From Eukaryota sp. TZLM1-RC (lineage: Eukaryota; Protista; Metamonada: BaSk clade): 64,000 nt of DNA. The stretch covers positions 744,001 through 808,000 of the forward strand of contig JAUPSS010000003.1 of assembly GCA_040285825.1 (NCBI GenBank), given 5' to 3'. The translations under genes were made by a program, and so were the position numbers. Positions 1 through 10,650 of the stretch are shown here, one piece after another (within the stretch, counting starts at the first letter, position 1; the number at the start of each line of letters is the position of its first letter). The notes below the pieces were generated by a model. That model saw only the letters and a program-made list of their open reading frames with translations. It did not search any database and was not told the DNA's origin.

Positions 1-915
1 TCTAAAATATTCAAATTGACAGGGAAACCTACCTTATGGGCATTACGACGATGGATATCATCAGCCTTGTTTTTCATACTGAAGAATTGTCTTTCTGCCT
101 CGTCCCCCAAATCACAAATGAATTCCTTACGCTCTTCATCTTCTAATTTCATCCACTCTGTGAGCAGTTCAATAAAATCATAGGGCATTCCAAGTTCTTC
201 TTCATCGGTTTGGCTCTCCCATCTAAGGTGAGTAAAACAGAATGACACACAGATCAGCAGACGGTACAGAATTGACAATGGAATCTGGTAGGTTGAGAAA
301 ACGGGCCACTTCATACACCTCTGATTTGTGAAGGTCGGCAATCAACTGAACATCAACCACTCCATCACCAGCTTTGCAGAAATAGCGCAGATAGCCGTCT
401 TCGTCAAAGTTTCCTGTACCTACAACAACTGCAGGGAAACCTTCCTGAGAAAGAAGTTGGGCAATAAAGTAATTAACAGGTGTTCGTTGGTATGATCTCA
501 ACTGCCCTTTGGCAAAGAAGCTGCTGTTGATCCCCACTGCAGTATCAACTAAATCTACTAGTTGATCGTGTATTTGTGTTTGATCAACAGTGATGCATTC
601 AACACCAAGAAAGTCTGCAACTTCGTAAGCTCTATTTTGAATCTTGACCGTACTGTGGATAGGTTGAGCTATTGCTATGAGGCGTTTAAGAGGGCTGTGT
701 GGAATAGACATTGCCTTTGAACAAAGAGCAAGCACTGCAGAGCTGTCAATGCCTCCTGATAGTGAAAGGACTGCCCCCGAAAGGTTATTACGAGAGAGAA
801 AGTCGACAAACATGGAGATCTTTTGATCTACCCATTGTTCTACATTAAATGCTCGTCGTTGTCGGAGAGCAGCAAGTTTATCTTGCAGTTGCTGATGAAG
901 AGGTACAAGAACCAT
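1..915 (-). CDS. nadE: NH3-dependent NAD+ synthetase (stand-alone synthetase domain, bacterial-like); 3' end runs off the window
   Basis: SLSGGIDSS P-loop, GTGNFDE, YFCKAGDG, LHKSEVYEVA and PSADL motifs. Removing a 28-nt GT-AG intron (223-250) gives SADL|WESQTDEEELG. A second intron lies at about 2-32. Confidence 0.9.
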
Positions 916-1009
916 TTTGAAATTTATATTTGAAATTTTTCTTTTGATTTTTTGAAATATTACATTTGAAGGGCCATCCAGAAAAATATTTGCAAAAGCT
1001 TAATTTTTT

Positions 1010-1800
1010 TGACTAGTCATGCCAAGACGTTCTTCATAATCCAAGCCCTCAAAAACTAGTGAAAGCTTCTTTACACAATACCTTAAATTAGTAAATTTTA
1101 TTGCATGAATCTCTTGAACCGTGTCTGGAAAACGTTGGCATTAAATTTCTGGTATAGCTTTATTAATTGCATAATTGAGGTCATGCAACTACTTTCTAGA
1201 TAATGGATTAAACAAAGAGTATTCTTGAGGGAAACCATAAAGAAATCAAAAACAAAATTTGATCACCACCTACAAATGCTGCTTGACAAGCAATTGAAGA
1301 TTTGCTAAATCAACATCCCCAAATTGCGAAAATGAAATCATGAGGTCGAATTAAAACAGGGCTCACTTTCGATAGACAAAAAACATCAAGATTTTGAAGT
1401 TTCTTTTGAAGTTGGTTAAGTGAATAGCAAAAATCAACAAATACACATGTCGCTGTTGACCTTAATAGAAAAGTTTTTCCTGAACAACTGTTCAAAATGC
1501 AGAGTTGGCCATTTGTTTCAATTTCTGTGGCAAAAATCGTATTTATTGAATTTGCACACTTGATTAAATTAAATCATAACTAATGGGACGACTATCATTA
1601 AACCAAGATTTCCTCTACAAAATCTTGATTTTGGCAAAAATTGAATTCAGCTCATTGCCAATTCTTTCTTGTTTTGATTCAGAAAATCTTTTAAACAAGC
1701 TACTCAACTCATGTACATTCAAGATGTGTAATTTTGGATGAATGTGTATATCATGAGAGATTGCTGTCTGATCTAAATCGTCAAATTATTCACAATGTAT
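1010..1800 (-). mobile_element. Degenerate fragment of RLE-type non-LTR retrotransposon (post-RT region)
   Basis: Minus-strand peptides SCSGKTFLLRSTAT and FSKSSIACQAAFVGG match the RSTPP...FTKSSILCKAAFLGG segment of the copy at 11491-12952. Boundaries approximate. Confidence 0.6.
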
Positions 1801-3352
1801 AGTGTATTGAAATTGAGACCAATCTTGAAATTTGAGTGCAAACAAAAAAAGAAATATTGCTCACTATCCGTAAGCTTATTTTTTTCCACTTCGGGTAACA
1901 ATTTCGATAACAAATAAAAGTGATTAGCTGAAACGACCAATAAAATTATCTATCAATTTAATTACCGGTTTCAATTAAAGAAAACTGACACTTTGAGGAA
2001 ATTGCGAGTAAAAGTACCACGATCTTTTTAACAAACATGAGGCGTTTCTATTAAAAGGAAAAAAAGATGTTTTTTCACTTATTTCTATCGTTGCAGATTT
2101 TCATCCGAATCTGATGTCATTGAATCATCAGCAAAAACATGTGTTGATGGCTTCCATTGATTATACTACTTCTTTTGTTGTAAGAAAAATAACTGTTGCA
2201 GACACTTGTAAGTGCCTGGTCTTCGAGCTAAAAAGGACTGATCCTACATTATCTTCAAGGTGACGTACTGGTTTTCGAGACCATTAATTATTTCTTGTTA
2301 ATTGACACTCTTTACGATTTCACATTTGATGAGTTCAATTTACCACCTGCACATTGTAAATTTTCTGTTAGAGATACATCTGATAAATTGACACAATTTT
2401 TTAGAGGAAGGTTAGATCAACATATGCTGTCTATGTCCATTGACTTACCTCCTAGAATCATTAAGCTTGCAATCAAGTCTTCCTTGAATGTATCACCTAC
2501 TGCTCATGACCTTTATCGAATGAAAAATTTGTGGATCTAAACTATTGTTTCCCGTGTGATCATTGTGTCAATTTGGACTAGCTACATTATGTCACATTTT
2601 ATGCAGTTGTCAAAGTTATCAAAACCCCTAAATACACAAAACCTAAAAGGAGACACGATTCAATTTTAAATAGTTTTGTAAACCTCCTACTTCCTTTCTT
2701 AGATCATTATGTTGTTTACTGTAATTTGTTTCATCACACAAATCATTATGCAACTTTTCCGTTGGTTGTGACTGAGTAAAGACATTACCTTATTCTTATC
2801 TCAAAAATAAAGATGAATGTAGAAAAAAGACAGTTCTGATTTGTCCGTCCACGTCCCCGCATGAACAATATTTAGATAGTAGACACACATTGAAAAGTAC
2901 AAGATATCACAGTCTTGAATTGTTATTGTCAAATTTGGTTGTTGAATCATTTCCTTTTAAGGTTTTAGCAAAAGGAATAGTTGCTAATAGTTGCATTCCA
3001 TTGATAAATAGATTACTCATTCAAAGTCTAAAACGAGAACCAAAAGTAAACAATTGGCATGTGAAGCTCTCACCTGCGGTCAATTGCTACATTGCTACAA
3101 TTATCGCAACTTTTCTGCTAAAAATTGGGTAATTGGTTGTCTAATGAAGTAGAATGATAAAAACAAACAATGGGCGGTGGCTTAAAAATGTTGCAAGCTC
3201 AGTTTTTCATGTTGATTAATAATAGGAAAAATACATTTTTTAATTATTAAAAACCAATTGTATATATCATAAATCAGGCTTGTCTTACTTTCACAAACAG
3301 TTCTGGTTGACAGCAAATCCAGTTGCAACTTACTCAGTTTATGAACCTTTAG

Positions 3353-3493
3353 TGTTGCTGTTACTGATAAACTAGGTTAGCAGGTGTCTCAGGATTTTAC
3401 GTGATGACGTGGCATTTGTACAAAAACAGGTGTATTTATTAATAAAGGTTCTTTTCTCTTTTTTTTCTTTGGTATTTCTGCCCAACGGCATCA
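3353..3493 (+). repeat. 5' LTR of a third LTR-retrotransposon family (family C)
   Basis: TGTTG...GCATCA termini like the family A LTRs, internal AATAAA, followed by ATAATTTTGGCC (PBS-like, as in families A and B) and a gag fragment. Confidence 0.6.
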
Positions 3494-4240
3494 ATAATTT
3501 TGGCCCTCATTGCAGATGTTTTTTACACGTGTAGTATCACCATTTCTTGTTTATGGAAGTGGATGAAGTTCAGGTGTTGCAACAACAGTGGAAGATCTAC
3601 AATCTGTTACACCGAAGAGAGACCTTTTTGTTGGAATCATTGGTACTCACAAGACCTGGGATTGATTCATCCGATGAGGTGTTTCTGGATTAATTGAGAT
3701 CCTCCACTTCGTTTTCGTCGTACGAGGAATTCAACTTATCCATAGCTGAGCTGAAGGTTGATGTCCGCAAGGGCGACGTCCGTGAACGTATGTTTTGTTA
3801 CCTGAGACGTTTTTTCAGGCGAAAAGAAGGGCTTTCGGACTGAAATTGCCTGACTAGCCTTCAGGATCAGATTCGGCAAAAGTATCCTTCCAGTAATATT
3901 GTAGAAATATTTGATTTCTCGAATTTGGGACGAGCTATTCCCCGTCTTTTCTACCTTGGTAAATACCACAGAGAATGAACTACTTGATTGCACGCGAGTA
4001 GTTTCTTGGAAAAGATTTTTAAAGACTGTTTCAGAAAATACTGACTCTGTGGGTCAAGCTGAAATGAAGTTTCGTTTATCCAATAGATCTCGCAATCTGA
4101 CTGACGGAACATGTTTTAAATGTCATCAGAAAGGTCATCTGGCTCATAATTGCTTCTCTAAAGTTAAGCCCGAAGTAAATCATTTCCATCACGTACCACA
4201 GTATATCACAAATTTCCTCTCTTCTTCATGCTAAAATTGC
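3494..4240 (+). pseudogene. gag fragment with CCHC zinc knuckle (family C, 3'-truncated)
   Basis: ORF 3911-4234 contains CFKCHQKGHLAHNC (CX2CX4HX4C). Confidence 0.65.
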
Positions 4241-4740
4241 TAAAATTGATACGAATGTACAGGCAGAATTGTTCAATAACGAAAAAACTTTGCTTCGTAG
4301 ATTTTCAAACATTACTGATAATTATCAACCACATTGTTTATCAGATCACAATTTAACCAACTTTGATTTACAAATTTTGAAAAAGCGTTTAAATTATTTT
4401 GATTTACCATTTCCCACTGTTCCAAATGATTCAACAATTAATGTACTCAGTCAACTTTTGCCAAAATGGAGAGAATTTGTCATCAGGGAAAATGGCTTTT
4501 ATCTTTAAGATACACTGGTATTTGTCAAAAAATTTATCAAAAACCAATATGATTATAGTTTAGGCAATTTGGCGTATGAAATGATTTATGAAAAGAAAAT
4601 GAAACTTCATCAACAATTTACCAATATTTTACCAATTGAGTGTTTAGCCACTGCTTTACCTAGACATAATTTAATTCATTATGGGCTTTCTTATTGTAGA
4701 CCATGTCTGGAACTCCTTTTTTGTTCCAAAAAGAAAAGTT
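4241..4740 (+). pseudogene. Family-B DNA polymerase-type 3'-5' exonuclease domain (Exo-Fanzor locus 1)
   Basis: NEKTLLRRF...QPHCLSDHNLTNFDLQILKKRL (ExoII), DTLVFVKK...YSLGNLAYEMIYEKKMKL, and LIHYGLSYC (ExoIII, Asp position replaced). One in-frame stop at 4506-4508. Confidence 0.7.
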
Positions 4741-5149
4741 TATTTTGCCATTTCTTAAAACCATTCGTGCAACCGTCAACACAATGGTTAAACAGTCAAA
4801 TGTTTTATTGAAATTGAAAGAAACTGCTTCAAAATTTCAACAGTTACGAATACACACTACACACTAAATGTTGCCCTGAAGCTTTATTTACAGTACCGTT
4901 TTGAACGCAACTTATCACGTATTTCTGCCAAATTGTATGAATCATTGATGCAAGAATTCGTTATATCTCAGATGATCTTTATGAGCAACAAAGGGAAAAA
5001 CCGGAAAGTGCAGTTCCACAAAATTTGGAGGAGTTTGTATGTGGTGAAGGAGTTTATACTTTGAAAAATAGCTTTCAACAAAAAAAGTTAAAGAAAACTT
5101 TGAGTTATTTTGACCACTTAAAACACAAGTCTGATCAGTTTCCACGACT
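4703..5149 (+). pseudogene. Fanzor1 N-terminal fragment (locus 1), truncated at the Gypsy A1 junction
   Basis: FLKTIRATVNTMVKQSNVLLKLKETASKFQQLRIHTT, then after a frameshift ALKLYLQYRFE. This fits the Fanzor1 N-terminal pattern and aligns with ORF 53427-53747. Confidence 0.5.
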
Positions 5150-5164
5150 CCCTAGTTAAGTTAA

Positions 5165-6127
5165 ATGAAGCGTTTGACGCCAAGAAGATCTTCGACTTCG
5201 TTCTTAACTTTGGCAATTGGGCTAAAACAGTTAGGGATCGCGATGAACCCACCAGAGCATTTGCGCCGATCACCAAACACGGTCAACCTGTTCATCAGTA
5301 CGACTTCCTTAGATCTATGTTCTTCGAAGTGCCCTTTGTATTTGAGATTTATGATCGAGGGTAAGGTCATCGCAGAATGGCAGAGTTTTTATGGAGGCCG
5401 AACAAACGTGTTAGGCAACAACCCATCTGACGCCGAAATCTGGGAATATTTGCTACTCAGCACCCAGTACAAATACCCTACCGATGTTGAGAAGGCTTTA
5501 AGGTCTGTAAGACCACCTGAGATCAGTCGCAGAATGACTGGTGAATCTTCATGGACAGCCTTCATAGAGCAGATCATATATATAATTCGACGCTCTACAA
5601 TTATGCCCGGAACGGATGGTAATCCGTCTGTTGTCTACCCAGCAAAGAGATTTCTCGAAACTATTAACGACAAAACAAACAATCAATTGATGGACACATA
5701 TATCATTTGGATTGGCAAGTTTGATTCGAGTAACGAGAAACTGGGCGATGCGATTTACGATTTAGGTAACGCATTTGTTAATAAGGTCAACAGCCTTGAA
5801 TCCTCGATCAAAGACATGAATTTGATAAGAACAGCTTTTGGTGCTCACGCTCCTGCGCAAAAAGGACGAAGCCAGTCAAAAGGTCCTTTTAAGAACCCTA
5901 GAGTAAGCAGTCGACCCATCCCTTCAGAGCAATGGTGTAGCTTATGCAAAACCAATAAACATCCTGAAGAGAAATGTTTTAAATTAGTGGGAAGACCTGG
6001 TTCAAAAAAGCGTCAAGGAGGCGAAAAACGTGACAAAAACGTAAAAGTAGTAGTAATAAATCAGATGATTATACATCTTTTAACAATAACCTTACAAATA
6101 ATTCAATCAAATCCATTTATAAAATGA
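5165..6127 (+). pseudogene. Gypsy A1 gag, C-terminal part (frameshifted)
   Basis: Matches the A2 gag (50022-51908); knuckle CSLCKTNKHPEEKC. Confidence 0.8.
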
Positions 6128-6861
6128 GCAAAGCAGATTCGAATTATAATCACCTAAATCCATTAAAAAGATTTAGAGAGTCATCCAATCCTGTGGGTTT
6201 TATCCACAGTGTTAGACTATCCAGGGTAGCAGAGGACCAAGAAATTTCTAACGGGGAACTTTGGTTAACCTGCACTATAAATAACGAGGAAGTACAAGGC
6301 GAAATTGATAATGGAGCTGCATTTTCAGTATTATCAAGGGATTCAGCCTCTAAATGTAATATGACAGTTAATGACAATAAAACTGTCGAATACTTATCGG
6401 CAAATGGTATTCGCTCCACGACCCTGGGATGTGCAAGTGGTGTTCTTGCTCTAAATGTGGGTAGCTTGGCCACTCAAGTGTTTTTAAGGATCGAATTCCA
6501 GATCATTCCTGGTACCAATAATTTTTTGATCGGAAGAGACTTATTACAAACCTTGGGGCTACGCACGGAGCACGGTTTTAATATTAATTTGGATCGCGAA
6601 CACCGCACCATCTTAAATGCTGAATGTGAGTTTGATAATAGAATTTGTCAACCAATTAGATTCATAGAACAATTGAGTAATAAATCAGACTTAGGTAATG
6701 ATTTTGGGCATTCCACACTTAGACATGAGTTAGATGAGTTGGGCTGTAGAATATGCCTGGATGACATTAGGGACGAGGAACGCCTAGTCGTGCTACTCGA
6801 AAAATATAGAAATGTATTTAGTGGCTACCTCACCCGGACGGAATTGATTGTCAGCCGATGA
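6124..6861 (+). CDS. Gypsy A1 aspartic protease region
   Basis: IDNGAAFSVL active-site-like motif and LIGRDLL. Confidence 0.85.
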   Translation: MSKADSNYNHLNPLKRFRESSNPVGFIHSVRLSRVAEDQEISNGELWLTCTINNEEVQGEIDNGAAFSVLSRDSASKCNMTVNDNKTVEYLSANGIRSTTLGCASGVLALNVGSLATQVFLRIEFQIIPGTNNFLIGRDLLQTLGLRTEHGFNINLDREHRTILNAECEFDNRICQPIRFIEQLSNKSDLGNDFGHSTLRHELDELGCRICLDDIRDEERLVVLLEKYRNVFSGYLTRTELIVSR

Positions 6862-9800
6862 CCATTCCATTTTATGACGAAAGTAAGGTCGTCAAAAGGA
6901 AACCTCGAAGATTAAACCCAGAAAAACAACGGGTAGCCGAGGAAATTTTTAACGAATTGATCCTTAATGGATTTGCTGTGCCCGCAAAGTCTCAATTCAG
7001 TAGTCCCATCTGTCTTGTGATTTACCCTGATCACAGGAAACCACGATTAACTGGCGATTTTAGTGATATTGGTGGAGTAAATGATTTAACTAAACCTGTA
7101 GAGGCAAATTTGCCCAGGATTAGCGACATTTTAGAATTTCTAAGTAAAGCTAATTATATAGCAACTCTAGATTTACCTAAGGCATTGTGGCAGCTCAAAA
7201 TTGCAGAAGAGGATATTGATAAAACTACCGTATCAATTCCCGGGATGTCGATCAGTTTTAAAAGGGCTTGTTTTGGTTTGAAGAACGTTCCTGCAGTCTT
7301 CCAAAACATGATAATGGAAATATTGGATTCTGAGGGTGTATTTATTTATATCGATGATATAATAATAGTAGCTTCGACCCTGGATGAATTTCTATCTAGA
7401 GTAGGTACGGTCCTAGAACGCCCCAAACGTTTTAGAGCTAACCTTGGCCTACCCAAGTGTAGCTTTACCACTTGCAAACATGAAATAAAAATTCTAGGTA
7501 GTATTTTTGTAAACAAAACCCGCTATATAGATGAATCTAAAATTGAGGGACTGATCAACCTACCCAAACCCAGGACATTACCTGAAGTTAGGAGTTTTAT
7601 AGGTTCGATCAATTATATACGTGACTGGGTGCCAAATTTGTCTGACTTGATAGAACCAATCAACAAATTAATCAGAAACAAACCGTCAAAAATCAAGTGG
7701 ACTCCTGATCATGACGAGGCTTTTGGTAAGATTATAAATCTGATCAAAGCAAATATCCCTCTTGAATTGCCCTCAGAAGACAAGCATATTTTAATAAGTG
7801 CTGACGCGTCCGATGTGGCTGTAGGTGGAGTAATATGGCAAGAAGCTAACCCACCTAAAGATCCTACGACACCGCTAATTAAGAGAAAATTTGTACCTAT
7901 TGCCTTCTTTAGCAGATTATTATCAACTTCACAAAAGAATTGGTCTGTACTTCAGAAAGAGTTGTATGCAATTTTACTAATTCTCACTGACAGTAGTTTA
8001 GAAAATTATTTAATTTCGAGGAAATTAACTATTTTCACTGATCATAGAAATTTAGCATACCTCATATCAGCTCCTGAAAAGAACAGAATCGTGAAGAGGT
8101 GGCTACCAATATTGTCAGAATTCAATTTTGATGTAGTCCACACTGCAGGCGAGGAGAATTATTGGGCAGACATGTTGTCTAGATTGGTTGACACCAAACC
8201 CAAAACTCCTCGAGTCCAACAAGTGAAAAACTTGGCACCTCACAGAGTTGAAGAACAATTACCCTATTTAAATTTATTAACTAGAGTTAATCTGTTAAGG
8301 GATGATATTACTCAACCGTCCAAAATTGAGCTACCCACGATCAATAGCTTATCTGCATTGAAAGAAGCAGTTGAGGATACTAAATTTGATTTATTTGACA
8401 CTTGTATCTCAAAGATTAGGCAAGAACAACTTACAGATGTTGATTCAAATCCTAATTATTATAAAGATTACAATTATAATTCAGATATTCAATTGTATAC
8501 CAACAATCGTGGGAAAATTGTTATCCCAGATAGTTTAAAGAAGCAGACATTAACTATCATTCATGGACATGCAAATGTTGGCCATCCTAGTGTGACGACT
8601 AGCGTAAAGAAATTACTCAATAGTGAGTACTTTTGGCCCGACATGCGCAAAGACATGATTAATCATATTAAGAGATGTCCAGCATGTCAAAAGACGGCAC
8701 ATGTGCCTAAAAATGTCATTGAATCATCTGGCTCTCTTTGGGCTGATCGGCCTTTTGCACGATTAAACGCAGATACTATTGGACCATTACAACAAGATGA
8801 TAATGGATTCAAATATTTAGTAGTTTTTGTAGATTCGTTTATTAGGTATACGATCATTTGCCCTGCAAAGGAATTGAATGCAGTGGAGGCAACCAATCAC
8901 CTCCTATGGAATGTAGTATCAATTTTTGGTATCCCACTGTTGATTCATAGTGACAATGGTATTGAATTTGCAAATGCCATATTCAAAGGGTTATGCGATT
9001 TATTAAACATTGAAGTAAGTCGTTCACTAACTAGTTTTTCACAAAGCAATGGATTAGTAGAAAGACGACACAGAGACATTTCACAAAGTCTAAGAAAGAT
9101 TTTGGTGGACTCTGGCGATTATAGCAATTGGAGTGAATATATCCCAATTGTACAACTTCAAATCAATTCAACTATTAGTAGAGTTACTGGTCATTCGCCC
9201 TACAATTTAATGTTTGGTAGCGACCACAGCCCTAGAGCTGATCCTAGTAATATGTTTGAACTAATAAAATCAGCTAATGTTAATATTCCCTTTGTTAAAG
9301 ATCTTGAAGCAAAACTTGAAAGGATTTCAAAGAAGAGAGAAGAGGCAGAGCTCAGGCAAGCTCAACAACTGCCTGAAGTTAACAAACATAGGAACCCTTT
9401 TAATAATGGTGACTTAATTTTGCGATTAAAGACTAATGGTAAACTCCATGGTTGCTTCGCTGGCCCTTTTCTCGTTGAAGAAGTTAAATCCAATAAAAAT
9501 TTATTACTCAAGAATCTCGTCACTGGTTCGATGTCTACGGCAAGTATTAATCATTGTAAACTATACCTCTCTGACTTCCTTAAAGAAGATATAGATTGAC
9601 ATAAGAACATTGCTGCCGGTGATATGGAAGAATCTGTAATTATTAAGGTTGTAGATCACTTCGATTTTATAGACTCGAATGATAATAAAATTCCTTATTG
9701 CTCCGCAGTTTGGTATGGCGGCGAGACATCGTCTGTCCCAGTTGCTGACGTCAAAAGCACTGAGGCATACCAATCATATTTGCGAACCCTTAGTCCTCAC

Positions 9801-9905
9801 TCTACCAGGAAACGGAAAATGAATTCCAATTCTAAATCTAAGACTAATTCCCCTGCAGTTAATTCTTATAGCTCTCGTACGAGACCTAAGAGAGGGAAAA
9901 GGTAG
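6858..9905 (+). pseudogene. Gypsy A1 pol (RT, RNase H, integrase, chromodomain-like tail); premature stop at 9597-9599
   Basis: YIDD (RT); ADASD, KELYA and TDHRNL (RNase H); HHCC and D,D35E (ADTIGP, SDNG, VER). ORF 9624-9905 continues the A2 C-terminus. Confidence 0.93.
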
Positions 9906-10033
9906 TGTTGTACTGTGGACAATTAGTCTAGTATAGACTTCACTAGTGACGGCCTTTATAAGGGCCAGTGAAATTGAATAAATATCTTTATCTTATATCT
10001 CTATTCTGTACAATGGCTAACCATACAGCATCA
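9906..10033 (+). repeat. 3' LTR of Gypsy A1 (128 bp)
   Basis: TGTTGTACTG...AGCATCA, directly after the PPT; termini shared with the A2 LTRs. Confidence 0.85.
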
Positions 10034-10650
10034 CAATTTTTCCCTCCTGACGAGATTATCAACAAAAAGAGAAAAGAGGGTGCAAATCTTTGAAAAAGGA
10101 AAACTGATGAGCAAATGGGAGAATGGATTTCAGATCAACAAGTGTTTTTAATTTCACTTGTTATTGGTAAGTTTGATCACCATAATTTCTTTTTGGAGAG
10201 TAAATATTCACTTATATTGAGAATTAGTCCTCAAATCAGATTACCTAACATTGATATGGATATTCAGGCAGAAATTTTCTCTGCCGAAAAAACCTTGCTT
10301 CATAGGTTCCTGAACATAATTGGTACTCATCAACCTCATTGTTATCTTACTCACAATTTACTGCAGTTTGATTTGCAGGTTTTAAAAAATAGATTAAATT
10401 ATTTTGATTTACCATTTCCCACTGTTCGAGACGATACAGCAATTGATGTACTCAATCAACTTTGACCAAAATGGAGAGAAGTTGTTATCAGGGAAAATGG
10501 CTTTTTTCTTATTATGGTTTTTGCCAAAAAATTTATTAAAATACCCTACGGACATGGATTAGGCAACCTGGCATATAAAATGATAAATGAAAAGAAAATC
10601 AAACTTCATCAGGAATTTTCCCATATAAAGATCCTCAAATATTCCTAAAA
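10034..10650 (+). pseudogene. PolB-type 3'-5' exonuclease domain (Exo-Fanzor locus 2)
   Basis: FFPP...DQQVFLISL, AEKTLLHRF...QPHCYLTHNLLQFDLQVLKNRL (ExoII), GLGNLAYKMINEKKIKL. Nucleotide paralog of 4241-4740. Confidence 0.7.

Larger units (their letters stand above)
5150..10033 (+). mobile_element. Ty3/Gypsy LTR retrotransposon, family A, copy A1 (5'-truncated, defective)
   Basis: gag-PR-RT-RH-IN order, polypurine tract AAGAGAGGGAAAAGGTAG and 3' LTR 9906-10033. Nearly identical to the minus-strand copy at 45923-52792 from about position 50817 onward. Confidence 0.95.
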
